A stretch of 64,000 nucleotides of DNA. Origin: Malacoraja senta. Lineage: Eukaryota. Location of the stretch: assembly GCA_038087875.1 (NCBI GenBank), contig CM075987.1, positions 14,756,001 through 14,820,000 on the forward strand, read 5' to 3'. A model generated the notes under the pieces. That model saw nothing but the letters and a program-made list of their open reading frames with translations, was not told the origin of the DNA and ran no database searches. Positions within the stretch are counted from its first letter, which is position 1. Each line of letters starts with the position of its first letter. The position numbers were made by a program, and so were the translations under genes. Positions 11,985-25,325 of the stretch are shown here, piece by piece.

Positions 11985-12215
11985 TCCTGGATGTTGTTGA
12001 TGTTGAGCGAGAGGTTGTTGTTGTGACACCCCTCAACCACCTGTTCTGTCTCCTGTATTCTGACTCATCACCACCTGTGAACAGCAGCGGGTGCATTGGC
12101 AAATTTATAGATGGCATTGGAGCTGTGTTTAGCTACATAGTCAAGAGTGTAGAGAGAAGAGCAGGGGGCTAAGCAGGTAGCCTTGAAGTGCACCTGTGTT
12201 GATAGTCAGTGAAAA
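11985..12215 (-). mobile_element. Rex1/Babar-like LINE reverse transcriptase relic
   Basis: Minus translation resembles LTINTGA.QG.LLSPLLFSLYT.D.VAKHSSNAIYKFA. Confidence 0.65.
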
Positions 12216-13344
12216 GGAGATCATGACCGTTTTCCTAACATAATATGCCTAGCATTATAAACATTACTCCTTCTGAATCTTAAAATGTGATTTGTAAAGA
12301 TTAAGCATGCCTCCCTTGCTTTTATGATCTACACTATTAAGTATCTCATATGTTTTGTTAATTATCACATTAACTTTTCTTGACACCTTCAGTAATATAC
12401 AAAATCTCATTTGCTTTTCACTGTACCACGTCTTCAGAACAATGGCATTTAGTTCATATTTCCTCTCATTTCTCCCTCAGAGACTCGCATCACACCAAGC
12501 CCAATTAAATTGCATTTGTCATATCATCTACCCAGGGAAAAAGTGATTCACAGTATTTTTCCCAAAACAGAGAGTTCTGAACCTCGAGTGTAAAGGGTTA
12601 AGGCGAGAGGGGAGAGATTTAAAAAGGACCGCAGGGGCAACTTTTTCACTCAAGGTAGTTTGCATCTGGAATGAGCTGCGAGGAAGCTATAGAAATGGAC
12701 AAAACTACGAGTTTCAAAAGACATTCAGACAGATACATGGATAGGAAGGGTTTAGATGGATATGGGACAAGTGCAGTGTGCCAACTTGGTAGGCATGGGC
12801 AAGGTGGACCGAAGGGCCTGTTTTGTACTATACAGCTCTATGACTCAAATATCTGCCTGATGATCAGTCTTTATCCTCCTGAACTGTGTCACTACCAGTT
12901 CACTGTCTACAATATTATATTATCCTGAACTTTGCCATTAAACTCCTTAAATCCAGCTTCAGTTTGTATCCATAATACCAACCCCCACTTGCTACTTTCC
13001 TGCAGTTCACCGCTCCTCTTTATTGTTAACCATTTGCCTCTAATGTCCACAAGGAGTCACCAACGGAAATACCTAAAGCTGCTACTTTGTGAATAAACCT
13101 GTAATGTGATACTTTATCAAATATGTTCTTAAAAATATATACATACATCGATTGCACTGCATTTCTTCACTTCTGTTACCTCAAAAAGTGAATTCAGTCA
13201 AGTTAAATAAGCAACCAGTATCAAAATCCCCTCTGAGACATAAAGCAGTTTCATGACAGGTTGCCGACCATGAACTGGTCCAATTCATATTAAATCTGTA
13301 TCTTCCCAGTTGCAACATTTATTCACCTCAAGTTTTTATTGTAG

Positions 13345-13456
13345 ATTTCGAGGCTCGAGCAGACATGGATGGCTCTTAGACAGCGACACACCGAGGGAGC
13401 AATACTTTATGAAAAGAAGTTGAAACCCTTCATGAGGAACATGAATGAAGGAAGAG
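13345..13456 (+). CDS. SH2D3C: SH2D3C exon (ISRLEQTWMALRQRHTEGAILYEKKLKPFMRNMNEGR)
   Basis: tttattgtag| acceptor, |gtaaga donor, phase 0/1. Confidence 0.94.
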
Positions 13457-14139
13457 GTAAGACCCAGAATTTCATCCATCATCCATCATACATGTTTGTT
13501 ATAGAACTGTTTTCATACACTGAAAACAGTCTAATAAAGGGAAGGATAGGCACCTTCAATGCCTATCCATGGTGGCAAGTTGACCCCTTGCTAATTGTGG
13601 GATTAAGGTCCAATGGTCATTTAGTGCCTCATCAGATGATGCACAAATGAGATGCGAGGGATTATAGATTTGAATGGATACAGATCCAATATCAAGAACA
13701 TCTTTTAATATGAAGATAAGACCATTATTTGAGCGTTTATTAAATAAATGCCTTTGTAAACAAGCTCCATCCTCAACTGAATTTAAAAAAAGTTATTGGT
13801 GATATAGGAACAGACCAACAGGATGAAATGCTCCCCTGTGCAATGCTAGTGCCCCTGAGAAATAAGTTTGAGACAGGGGAGCTGTTGCTACAAAGTCAAT
13901 TACTGAGTCAAAGGGCCAGGGGGAAAAAACATTGACAAATATTTAGGGATTTTTTTTTTTTTTTAATCTTCTTTTATGGATCAGAATATTTAGCAACTGA
14001 TTAAATGAATGTAGAAATTGTAATTAGGCAGATAGTCTGTGGTAAAAGCAGGATTGATGGAACTTCTCAATCTGCACATCTCATTCTAATTTATTTAGCT
14101 TTCTGAGTTTTATTTAAACATTAACTATCTGCCTTTCAG

Positions 14140-14346
14140 AAGCATCTCCATTGACCAACACCACCTTTCCTCACGTGGTTCCTCTCATCACTTTGCTGGA
14201 GCGTAATTTGGCAACGACTGAGAACATTGAGCCATGGGAGATCAGTGACAGTGGCGTCGAGGTGGTTATGTCACATCTGGAGGCTGCAAGAACAATTGCA
14301 CATCACGGGGGACTATATAAAACCAACGCTGAACTGAAACTACAAG
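14140..14346 (+). CDS. SH2D3C: SH2D3C exon (ASPLTNTTFPHVVPLITLLE...HHGGLYKTNAELKLQ)
   Basis: gcctttcag| acceptor, |gtaaat donor, phase 1/1. Confidence 0.94.
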
Positions 14347-16029
14347 GTAAATACTTAGAATACTCTCTCTTGCTGAAACAAAGAGTTATATTTAGCATCC
14401 ATCAACAATCTCTCTCTTCCCAGTTATCCCCTCTTTGTTCTAAAGGCCCTAAGATCTGCAGGGTTTTGTTTCATTGGTTCAAGCCAAATGCCCACCCAGG
14501 TACCAAATCCAATCTTTACACGAGCTTCGACAGCGACTAGCTGTTTAAACACTGTACTGGCCTGACCTACGCATCTCCTATTGTTTCCCAGCATTGGGCA
14601 CTGTCAGGAACCAGTGTTGGACTTTTCTTTCTTACTGCTTTGACTCAGGTTGCTGCATCCAACAGAGTGTGACTGCTGCCACCTGGTTGAGGACAGCTCA
14701 TGTGGCCTTGTCTAGAGACCCAAACCGATCAATCCCAACCCAAAACATCATTTGTCCATTCCCTCCACAGATGCTGCCTGACCCGCTGAGTGCCTCCAGC
14801 ACTATTGTGTTCTTCTCAAGGTTCCAGCATCTGCAGTTTCTTGTGCGTCCTCATTGATCTGTTTAGTTCAAAGCCACATTTGCTTTGAAGGGAAAGTGGA
14901 AAGCAGATAATGGCAGGGGAGGATGTAGCTACACACATTCTGACTGCTTTTGTGCCTTGGTCCAGTATGGGAGGAGGGGCTGGACTGAACAGATGGTGGT
15001 TATTTTGTCATGGGAAAGGAAGGAAATCCCCATCACAAGGTTATCCTGCACAAACTCTTTAGATGGTTACAAAACACAATTGGCATGAAGCCAAGAGCAA
15101 TTTGTTTGTCTGGTTTGGGGAAATAGTGGAAGCTGGAGGGGGACTTAAAAGTAAGACAATATGCACACATATTCCATTATTATTGTGTAGCAGCTGTCAA
15201 TACATTGCAAGTACCCTGACCCTCTGAGACTCGGGTTTGGACTTCATCCAAGCTGATAGGTTTCAATATTGGTGGTAAGGTTTTAGCTAGTTGTAAACTC
15301 AGAGCACAGAGAATGCACTCACTTCAGTTCAGGGAAATGTATGTGGTTGTTGGATGTCAATCATCCCAGCCCCAGGACATCACTACAAGAGTTCCTCAGG
15401 GTACTGTCCTAGACTCAACCATCGTCAGCTGCTTCATCAATAACCTTCCACCACTATAAAATCAAAGGGGGATGGAGTGTGGGGACGATCACTGTTGCCT
15501 GCACAAAGTTCAAGTCCATTTGGAACTCCTCATCAAATGAAACCGTACATACCTTCAGGCAACAAATACGGCTGTTAAGTGGCAAATAGCATTGTTGCTA
15601 CAAAGTGCCAAGCCCTGACCATCTCTAGCGAGAGACAGTCTAACCATGTACTCTTGATATTCAATTACTTTACCAATGTCCCCCGGGTCACCATTGACCA
15701 GAAACTCATCTGCCCCTACCAAATAAATAAGACAGCTACAAGAGCAGGAATGTGGTTGGGTATCCTGTGGGGAGTGACTCGCCTGCGCCACAAAGCCTTA
15801 AACCGTGTACACAGTACAGTCAAGGGTATGATGGAACATGCTTCTCTTGCCCAGATGATTGTTGCTCTAACAATACTCAAGAGCACAATCCCGTTGTTTG
15901 GCACCAGATTCACCAGTCTAAACATTTGTTCTCTGCACTACTGGTGCACAACCTCAGCAGAATGGATCGATGTTTCTCATTTCTGCTACTCACACAGCAC
16001 CTCCCAAACCCACAACTTCACCTACCTAG

Positions 16030-16365
16030 ATTAAGAACGCTGAATGTTGGGTGAGTCCAAAACCAGGGGCCACAGTCTTAGAATAAAGGGGAGGCCATTT
16101 AGGACTGAGGTGAGAAAAAAACTGTTTCACCCAGAGAGTTGTGAAATTGTGGAATTCCCTGCCACAGAGGGCAGTGGAGGCCAAATCACTGGATGGATTT
16201 AAGAGAGAGTTAGATAGAGCTCTAGGGGCTGGTGGAATCAAGGGATATGGGGAGAAGGCAGGCACGGGTTATTGATTGGGGACGATCAGCCATGATCACA
16301 ATGAATGGCGGTGCTGGCTTGAAGGGCCGAATGGCTTCCGCCTGCACCTATTATCTATGTTTCTA
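16030..16365 (+). mobile_element. Young CR1-type 3' fragment inserted into an older LINE relic (15340-16460)
   Basis: ttcacccagagagttgtgaaattgtggaattccctgcc...gaagggccgaatggc. Host relic retains a degenerate RT motif (RVPQGTVL...FINNLP) at ~15390-15450. Confidence 0.75.
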
Positions 16366-16615
16366 ACTGTTCAACAGATGCATAGGAATATCTTCCCCAA
16401 CCACGTCATACACCATCATGACTTGTACATCACGAAGTACATCACTCGATTTAAATGCCTCAACCTAACTTTCATGGATAATAAGGGACTTTTGTTTTAA
16501 ATTAGAGCAAGTTGAATGATCTGGAACCATTTGAAAGGAGACGTTCACACCATCCTAGCTTTGTTTTCATAGCACGTTCACCACATGGCGTCACACTCTC
16601 TTTTTCATCCCGCAG

Positions 16616-16791
16616 GTTTTCAGGAGAATGAGCAAGTTCTTGAAGTCTTCAAGACAGAGTTCCAAATGCGGTTGCTGTGGGGCAGCCGAGGAGCAGGCGG
16701 CACCCAAGCCGAGCGATACAAAAAATTTGACAAGGTCCTATGTGCGCTGTCGAACAAGCTGGAGCCTCCAGTCCGTCACAGTGAATTGTAG
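16616..16791 (+). CDS. SH2D3C: SH2D3C last coding exon, Cas-binding C-terminus (FQENEQVLEVFKTEFQMRLLWGSRGA...LSNKLEPPVRHSEL*)
   Basis: catcccgcag| acceptor, phase 1, TAG stop at 16789-16791; TEFQMRLLWGS motif. Confidence 0.95.
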
Positions 16792-19033
16792 CATGGAGCA
16801 AATATCTTCACAAGCCTGGTTAAGGGGATCACTAAACAGGAACTTCCTAGTATTGTTCTTTTCTCATTCACTTATTTCTAGAAATCCCATCTGTTTAATG
16901 GGCTATCGTAAGAGTCATTGGTAATTCATGTGTGCACAGATTCATAAATAGAAAGAGATGGGCATGGATTTCAAACGTTCGTTAACGGTTATAGATCTTA
17001 GAAACTATGACAATCTCTGACTTAGTGCTTTGATAACGTTCTTAATCATTTATTGCCAAGCAGTATGGATCAGAATAGTCCACAGAAAAGCATGTGCAAA
17101 AAGTAATCTCATTTCATCAAGGTGAACATTGAGGTGTTTCAGAGAGTGTAAAGGAACTTTCTTTTAGACTGGAGAAGTGGGGAGAAATCTCAGCAAGCAG
17201 TTGCAATCCAGTGAGTTTTACTGGGAAGTGGACCTGCATTTGAAATTGGATGAAGCCAAGATGCTACTAGCTTACTGGGACTGACGGTCAAAACTGTTTT
17301 GAACAACAGTCATGTGGATAAGGTTCTGGATCCCGAATTGGCATCTTTTAGTAGAGGAACTATACCACTGTGGAAAACTGATAAATCTTTCAATAGGTGA
17401 CCAAACCCAAAAAGATTTGCACTTTCCAACAAAAAAAACTAACCAACAATATTGCAATATGTAGTTATCTAGCATCTTGAACGTGAGGAAATGATAGCTG
17501 TGAAAGTCATGGTGCTCCACTGCCTAAAGGAGATCTAGCTGAATGATGCCTCCGAGATCTAAATGACAAAAAAAATCAACAAAGTCTTAATGAAAGATGG
17601 CAGGCAGCAACCCTTCAGAGGCAAAACTAGGGTTGTTTGGTTTGTTATCCATAAAATAACATCTGACTGTCTCACTGTGTTAGCTTACCGGAAAATTATA
17701 CTGTGAGATAAGTTAGGGGTAAGATGGCACAACAGCACTCGATACCCAATACCACTGTATTGGTGGGAAGGGGAATCCCAGACTAATTGGCATCAGTAAC
17801 ATGGCATCAGTAACACCATGCACCCATGTCAACCCAACCGGGTGCAGTGTGAGAGGCATCTCATTTTTGAGATGGCTTGGAGCTTTCTAATAGCAGAGAG
17901 CACAATCTGCACTCTGAAGGCAATGCTGAGGAACAGAGAGTAAAGATGCTGCCCATTACCCGAGCAACTAGTTGGGAAGCAAATGTTTAGCTTCCAATCT
18001 TTGCTCAGTGACCTTCCCCACATGTGAAACATTGATGCCTTGTATGCTTTCCAACCCTCTACAACTGGACTTCTTTGCTTAAACTACTTTGAAGAAAGTT
18101 AAACCCAAGGAAATAGACGCAAGCACTTTCAGGAGTGAAAACAGAAGACATGCCATGGAAGATTTTGGGGGAAAGGGTTGTTGCAAAAACTGAGTAATTG
18201 TACTCTTAAGTATCAGGATACTAACCTTTCCTCGGTCCTGTTGGACTCCTGCACATCAAACTGTCTTTCATTGAAGGAGTAGAGAAACTCAACAATCTGG
18301 AATAGACTCACTCTTTTGTAGCTTTCTGGTTTAAAATACTGAAATTAACTTGAAAATATGTCATTATCAGTGTACTTAACAGTGTTAGTGAATAAGGTTA
18401 GGGTTAGACGCATAGGTGGTATATCTCACTGCTGAAGACAATGAACTCTGTAAAAGCTGAAAACAGGCCTTCACCACAGTGCTAACATTTACTGCTATTC
18501 CCAAGAGGTTCCTTTGGAGGAGGGGCCAGCATTATTCTGTTTCTGAGACAGATGCTGCCAAAACTATGCTTTCCAATTCACATACAACACACCATAAAAA
18601 AAAAAAGTAAAAGCACTCCATTTGGCATTGGCCATGTTGAATGGCACAACAAATGGAATGCAGGTGCACAGATCCAAACAGACACAACTGAATAGACAAC
18701 AGTAGTTAATACTGTACATGTCCAACACCAATCCTGCATTAATTGCCCAAAAAAGGAACATACCTCATATACGTACTAATGTGGTCCTCAGGCCATCTAA
18801 TTGCATTTATGTTTAACCGCAAAACTCTTCAGTGTTCTTCTGCTTTTGCAACAATGGCACAGTGTAAATAGAAACAGATGTATATAATGAATATGTCCTT
18901 ACATAAAATGGTCCCATTTGTTACAGAATATAATCTTGGTTGTTTATGAATGATTTCATTTGTATTAAGATGTGTATGAGCGAAAGTAAGTGATCGTACA
19001 GTACAGTATGTCATTTCTGACTTCATTGGTGCA

Positions 19034-19088
19034 ATTAAAATAATTTTTTTAAATATACGTTGATTAAAAGTTGAGAAATGCTAATAAA
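19034..19088 (+). promoter_or_regulatory. Candidate SH2D3C polyadenylation signals (ATTAAA 19034, ATTAAA 19063, AATAAA 19083), implying a ~2.3-kb 3' UTR
   Basis: Cluster of hexamers ending a repeat-free AT-rich stretch downstream of the stop codon; no transcript data. Confidence 0.5.
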
Positions 19089-20454
19089 TTGAAAAAAATG
19101 AGAAAATAATAGTTTATGGTTTTTAATCATGAAATAGTTTATCCTTTGGTTAAAGTTCTTGATGTTTCAATTGGTAGCTGTATTTCGCAACAGTTTAATT
19201 CCATGTCTGTGTTGAATTAGCACATCTTGGAGCACTAATTATTTGGGGAATAATTCCCATTTAAAGTGACAAATTTAGTATGATCACTTGAGGTGCTTTA
19301 AAAACCACACCCGAGAGTAAGAGGCCACTTTCAAGAGAGGAGAAAATGCTCACTAATAAAAACTGACAGGAAGATGAACGCATGTATTTCTTTACCAGTC
19401 AGATTAGGTTTATTAAGTGAGGTTCATTAAGTAATGTTATTACCACCTTTCATAACTGTTACCGTTTTCAGTAACCTTGCAGAAGCTGTGCAACAAATAT
19501 TGACACCTAGAGTTAGCTGGCCAAGCATTATTTGACAGACCAATTCCCTTCAGTTAACACACTCCAAAAGCCACCATTTTTGACGCAAACTATTGACCTT
19601 TACCTGTTGATAGTATTTGAGGGAGGGGGGAGGATGTTTAGCTTAAGTGATTCTCCGCACTCTTCTACCTTGATGAATATTAGTACAGAGGAACACAAAA
19701 CTCTTTCTATCTTGGTAACCCAGCACTGAGAGCTCTCAAATCATGTACAGCATAGGTCAAACCGCAGAACTAAAACTGTCCCAAAACACCTTCATCCACA
19801 ATCTCCATCATTCCCCTTACTTTTATAAGGTGGTATTTTAATGTTTTCATACTGCATCTCCTATGGCCATTCAAAATGTGACAGATATGTGTGGTCGAGG
19901 CATACACACACATAAGAATGGAGCAAAGAATATAAGCTTTCAATATGCAATTCAAGTCTTAAATCCATCCTCAATAGAGTTAAGCCAACAATAGATTAGG
20001 CACCTTTTGCAAAATGTTTCAGAAGATGGTGTTTAAATGTGAAAGCTTTATCCAAAATGCACAGCAGTCCAGTTAGAAAACTTGAACAGTTTTCTGTGGA
20101 ATGGAAAGAGATGGAATGTACTACATATGGTTTCAATATGCTTCCATCCAAAGGTGCAGAACTTCAAATATTTCAGTACTGGTATCATCACTGACCAGCT
20201 CCCCCAAGTGCTGAAGCAAATTGCAGTATCCAATGATTCGGTGCACCAGTCTTGGAAACTATAAACACAAACATTACTTATGGCTCCTTGGAACACAAAG
20301 TGCTGGAGTAACTCAGCGGGACAGGCAGCATCTCTGGAGAACATGGATAGGCGATGTTCCGTATCAGGACCCTTTTCAGACCTTTTGGTTCCTTGCTGCC
20401 CCCCTTCTCTTTTTCAAATAAAAGTCATAATCAATTCCAAAATTAGAGCTTTGC

Positions 20455-20788
20455 GGCATGGTGGCACAGTGATAGAGTTGCGGCCTTACAGCGCCAGTGA
20501 CCCGGGTTCAATCCTGACTACGGATGCTGTCTATAGTAAGTTTGTACATTCTCACCGTGATCGCCTGGGTTTTCCCTGGGTGCTCCGGTTTCCTCCCACA
20601 TTTCAAAGACATACAGGTTTGCAGATTAATTGGCTTTAGTAAAAGATTATAAATTGTTCCTAGTATGTAGGATAGTGCTAGTGTACGAGGATCGCTGGTC
20701 GGCGTGGAATCCATGGGCAGAATAATAATAATAATAATAATAATATTATTGGGCCTGTTTCCGCACTATATATCTAAACTAAACTAAA
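20455..20788 (+). mobile_element. tRNA-derived V-SINE (HE1-like) with an internal (AAT)n expansion
   Basis: A-box-like ggtggcacagtgatag, B-box gggttcaatcc, V-domain ctccggtttcctcccaca, (ctaaa)n tail. Confidence 0.8.
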
Positions 20789-22290
20789 GGGAGTGAGAAA
20801 GGCAGATGCAATTAAATAACACTTAGATAAACACATAAATAGAAAAGGTTTGGAGAGGATTTGGGCCAGGCATATACAAATGGGATAGCTAGGTAAGGCA
20901 ACTTGGGCAGAATGGATAAGTTGGGCTAAAGGGCTTGTTTTTGTGCTGCAGTGGTTGCACCATTGGGAATCTCATGCACATAACCGTGTTCTTGAAAGGA
21001 TAGTCAATTGGGGATGTTAGAAACACCATAAACTGGACCAAGCCTGATCCTGTCCTTACTTGCCATCAACAACTTCCATTAGTGCATGCCTAACACTGCA
21101 AATAAGTGGAATTTGCAGTTAACTTTCTCCACGGCCTGCCACCACCCTAGTTCAGCCAAGCAATGAAGTATGTAGCAATGTTGACTTCAATGTTTAGAGC
21201 TATAAAATATTATCCAGCTAATTGCATAAACTGACCTGGTATTCTCTATAATCTTGAATGCATCTTAACTTACCCAATATCTTAGTAGTGACAGGAGACC
21301 ACATGGAAATGCAGCCTTTATTCTATATAATATCAGTCATTGAATGTATTTAAGTGATATCCCTCTCTATCTTTACTACTACTTTAAAAATACTTAGGCT
21401 CTGAATGCCAGCAGGTACATGGTATACCATCTCTTGCAGATTCCTATCAAGTCACTTATTATCTTTACTTGAAATTCCATTAAGGAATATACAAAATACT
21501 GAAGTAACTCAGCAGGTCAGGTGGCATCCCAGGAGAACATTGATAGGTGACGTTTCGGGTCAGAACCCTTCTTCAGATCTCAACCCGAAACGTGAACCCG
21601 ATCCATGTTCCCCAGGGATTACTCCACCATTTTGTGCATTACCTTTGCAAGCGAGCATACACTGTTTCTTACTTGAAATTACACTATCATTGTTGCTCTG
21701 TCTGAATCCCAGAACCCATTATCTAAAAGATGCGAGAGAACCTTCACCAGAAGGACTGCAATGATTCAAGAAGCTCACCACTATTTTCACAGGGAATCCT
21801 AGCATTAACCACATCTCTGCATAAATTAAGACATCAGCTATCTAGAATCAGCTGAAGATGAATTTATTTACAAGGATTGTTGTAAATCTTTTGAAACCTC
21901 GATGCCATACTCTTTGGACATTCAATTATGAAATAAATTCAATCATGATATGGATAGATTGAAAGAAATTAAGAGATTGTAAATGAGGCAGAAAAGTGAA
22001 GTTGATGTAGAATGTTGACAATGACGTTACCAAATCGTAAAACAGGCACAAAGGTGTGTGTGCACACTTTTCCTGCTGCTTCTTATGTTCTGTATGTTGA
22101 TTGGATTCTAATTCATGAAATACAGATTCAAAATATAGAAAAATCCCAATTTCAAAATAGATGAGCAATTTACTCAGGATGCATCTTATCCATTTACCTT
22201 TACACATACATCTGCTGATTTATTATAACGTGCACATTAATTAAGATTTATATCAAATATTGAGCATTGATAAAAAACATTGACTTTTAA

Positions 22291-23568
22291 TAGGTACGCA
22301 AATATTCTGGAGAAACTCAGCGGGTGAGGCAGCATCTATGGAGCGAAGGAAATAGGCGACGTTTCGGGTCGAGACCCTTCTTCAGATTGATGTGGGCATG
22401 GGGGCGGGAAGAAGAAAGGAAGAGGCGGAGACTGGGCTGTGGGAGAGCTGGGAGGGGGGGGGGGGAAGGAAGGAGAAAGCAGGGACTACCTGAAATTGGA
22501 AAAAGTCAATGTTCATACTGCTGGGGTGTAAACTACCCAAGCGAAATATGAGGTGCTGCTCCTCCAATTTACAGTGGGCCTCATTCTGGCCATGGAGGAG
22601 GCCCAGGACAGAAAGGTCGGATTCGGAATGGGAGGGGGAGTTGAAGTGCTGAGCCACCGGGAGATCAGGTTGGTTATTGCAAACCGAGCGGAGGTGTTGG
22701 GCGAAGCGATCGCCAAGCCTACGCTTGGTCTCACCGATGTAGAACAGCTGACACCTAGAGCAGCGGATGCAATAGATGAGGTAGGATGAGGTGCAGGTGA
22801 ACTACCGCACCTGGAAAGACTGCTTGGGTCCTTGAATGGAGTCAAGGGGGGAGACAAAGCGAGAAGTGTAGCATTTCCTGTGGTTGCAAGGGAAAGTGCC
22901 AGGAGAGTGGGTGGGAAGGGACGAATTGACCAGGGAGTTACGGAGGGAGCGGTCTCTGCGGAAAGCCGAAAGGGGAGGAGATGTGAAGATGTGGCCAGTG
23001 GTGGGATCCCGTTGGAGGTGGCGAAAATGTCGGAGGATTATTTGATGTATGTGACGGCTGGTAGGGTGGAAGGTGAGCACAAGGGGGACTCTGCCCTTGT
23101 TACGTCGGTTCGCAATACGCTTCGCCCAACACCTCCGCTCGGTTCACAATAACCAACATGATCTCCTGGTGGCTCAGCACCAACTCCCCCTCCCATTCCG
23201 AATCCAATCTTTCTGTCCTTGGCCTCCTCCATGGCCAGAGTGAGGCCCACCGTAAATTGGAGGAGCAGCACCTCATATTTCGCTTGGGTAGTTTACACCC
23301 CAGCGGTATGAACATTGACTTCTCCAATTTCAGGTAGTCCCTGCTTTCTCCTTCTTCCCCCCCCCCCTTCCCAGCTCTCCCACAGCCCACTGTCTCCGCC
23401 TCTTCCTTTCTTCTTCCCGCCCCCACGCCCACATCAATCTGAAGAAGGGTCTCGACCCGAAACGTCGCCTATTTCCTTCGCTCCATAGATGCTGCCTTAT
23501 CTGCTGAGTTTCTCCAGCACTTTTGTCTACCTTCGATTTTTCCAGCATCTGCAGTTCTTTCTTAAACA
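22291..23568 (-). mobile_element. Penelope-like retroelement, 5'-truncated, with GIY-YIG endonuclease remnant and inverted pseudo-LTR
   Basis: Minus translation CTSSYLIYCIRCSRCQLFYIGETKRRLGDRFAQH...VAQHFN...HCKLEEQHLIFRLGSLHPSSMN; ~400-bp inverted arms at 22307-22708 and 23118-23517. Confidence 0.88.
23439..23466 (+). ncRNA. Minimal hammerhead ribozyme core in the PLE pseudo-LTR (mirror copy on - at 22358-22385)
   Basis: CUGAAGA-A-GGGU(CUCG)ACCC-GAAAC-GUC; catalytic boxes and stem II intact; stem I weak. Confidence 0.68.
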
Positions 23569-23589
23569 TGTTAATGTTCTCTGGTTTGT

Positions 23590-24233
23590 TTTATGTGGGG
23601 GGTGGGCGGGGGTAACTTTTTTTCCAATCTCTTACCTTGCCAGAGATGCGATTGTTTTCCAGATCGTATCTCTGGTTGCTCTGCGGCCTAGCATCGTGGA
23701 GCTGGAGGCCTTGCTCGGGGCTGTCTTTGAGCCCCACCGCGGGGACGTGGACTTACCATCGGAGCGGATCCCTTGCCTGGGATCAACGCTCCAACTGCGG
23801 CCTGCGGATTTCACCATCGATGAGCTCTCAGTCTCGGGTTGAGACCAACGTCGGGGAGCTCCAAAAGCCGCACGATGTTCAACTAGCCCCGACCCGGGGT
23901 AGATCGCCCGGCGCGGGGAAGCTGAGATTCCTCCCCGATGCAGGAGCTTGATCGCCCCGACGAGGAAGGCCCGCCGCCGGTTATGGGAGTAAGATCGGCC
24001 CGTCAACGGAAGGTTAGAGGCCCCCGACCGCTGGAGGACAAAGAAGGGAGAGATTGAACTTTTTTTTCCGTCTTCCTCACAGTGAGGAATATGGAGGAGT
24101 CACTGTGGTGGATGTTCATGTTAAAATCTTGTGTGTTCTGGTGCTTTTTATTGGTATGACGGTATGGCCACTGAAATTCCTCTTATGTTGCAAAACATAC
24201 TTGGCTAATAAAATATGATTATGATGATTATGA
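23590..24233 (+). mobile_element. CpG-rich interspersed repeat with a retroposon-type tail; family not identified
   Basis: Sharp GC/CpG rise against an AT-rich background; ends in aataaaatatgattatgatgattatga. Confidence 0.5.
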
Positions 24234-24964
24234 GTGGGGAAGGGCATATTTCATTCTCAAATTTAAAGTGGATCTTCAACAAATAAAAAATTGTTTGCAT
24301 TCCAGTCATTGATATCATTAAAAAGATAAATATTTTTTTTTCTCATTTTTGAACAGATTCTATTCCTACAGGATCTGACAGCCATTGCTAAAATGTGTCA
24401 ATTTTTCATGTGCGACTTTTCAGTGCACCCCGTCCACACACGAACACTCGGGTACTTTTAATTCGATGGCAGCTACAAGTGAAATCATCAACAGATTCCT
24501 CCCCACAGACCGAGAAAAATTACATCACTCCTCTCATTGGTCTCACAATACCCATATTGGACTGAGTTTAGGATTGTAACCAAACTCATTGTAGGAGCAC
24601 AAGGAGAATAAAAATTTAATTGTTCCATTTCGATGCAAATGACAATTAAATACTCTTGACTTTACCACTGGAGTTCTGAATATTAATCTGTCAACACTAA
24701 AGCTTTTTTTTTGTAACACACATTTCATCTTTTTAATTAAAAGTACATAAAAAGAGCAATTTTGAATTAAAGCTATTCTCTGACAACTGGTACGACACCC
24801 TGTTGAATACAAATCTGGGCCAAATGTGCACTTGTGATTAAATACAAGAATATTTCCATGTAATTTCACATAGCACTGTATGGATTTTAATAAACATCCA
24901 ATTTTCGATGAAAATTGTCAGCTCAGTTATATAATCATTTCCTACCGCTTCGAGATGCAAATTG

Positions 24965-25325
24965 TGTGGGAAATAGATAGCATGATTGCACAGTCTTTTT
25001 CCCAGGGTAGGGGAATCAAGAAACAGGACGTAGGTTTAAGGTGAGAGGGGAAAGATTTAACAGGAAACTGCGGGGCAACTTTTCCACTCAGAGGGTGGTG
25101 GGTATATGGAACCGCTTGTCAAGCGAGTCAGTCGAGGCTTGTCAAGCTTGTAGTAATCGAGGCAGGTACAATAACAACATTTAAAAAAGATTGGAACAAG
25201 TAAATGGATAGGAAGATTTTGGAAGTATATGGGCCAAATTCAGGCAAATGAGACTGGCTTAGATGGGGTATCTTGGTTGGCATGGACTAATTGGGCAGAA
25301 GGGCCTGTTTCTGTGCTGCATGACT
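24965..25325 (+). mobile_element. CR1-type LINE 3' fragment (similar tails at ~4325-4460 +, 5685-6055 -, 12590-12845 +, 27005-27330 -, 42080-42595 -, 47515-47680 +, 52305-52610 -, 59680-59900 -, 61830-61975 +)
   Basis: Recurrent tail consensus ggtttaaggtgagagggg...atggatagg...gaagggcctgtttc. Confidence 0.75.

Noticed and set aside
369-16791. Calling the gene BCAR3 or SH2D3A
   Set aside because: Diagnostic peptides (SSPEKLHKELEEELKLSSTD, LRYLEASYGL, KRRSVTMTDGLT, HHGGLY, C-terminal VRxSEL) follow SH2D3C as recalled.
20460-20520. tRNA gene
   Set aside because: The A/B boxes belong to a SINE head that continues into the V-domain and tail; there is no complete cloverleaf.
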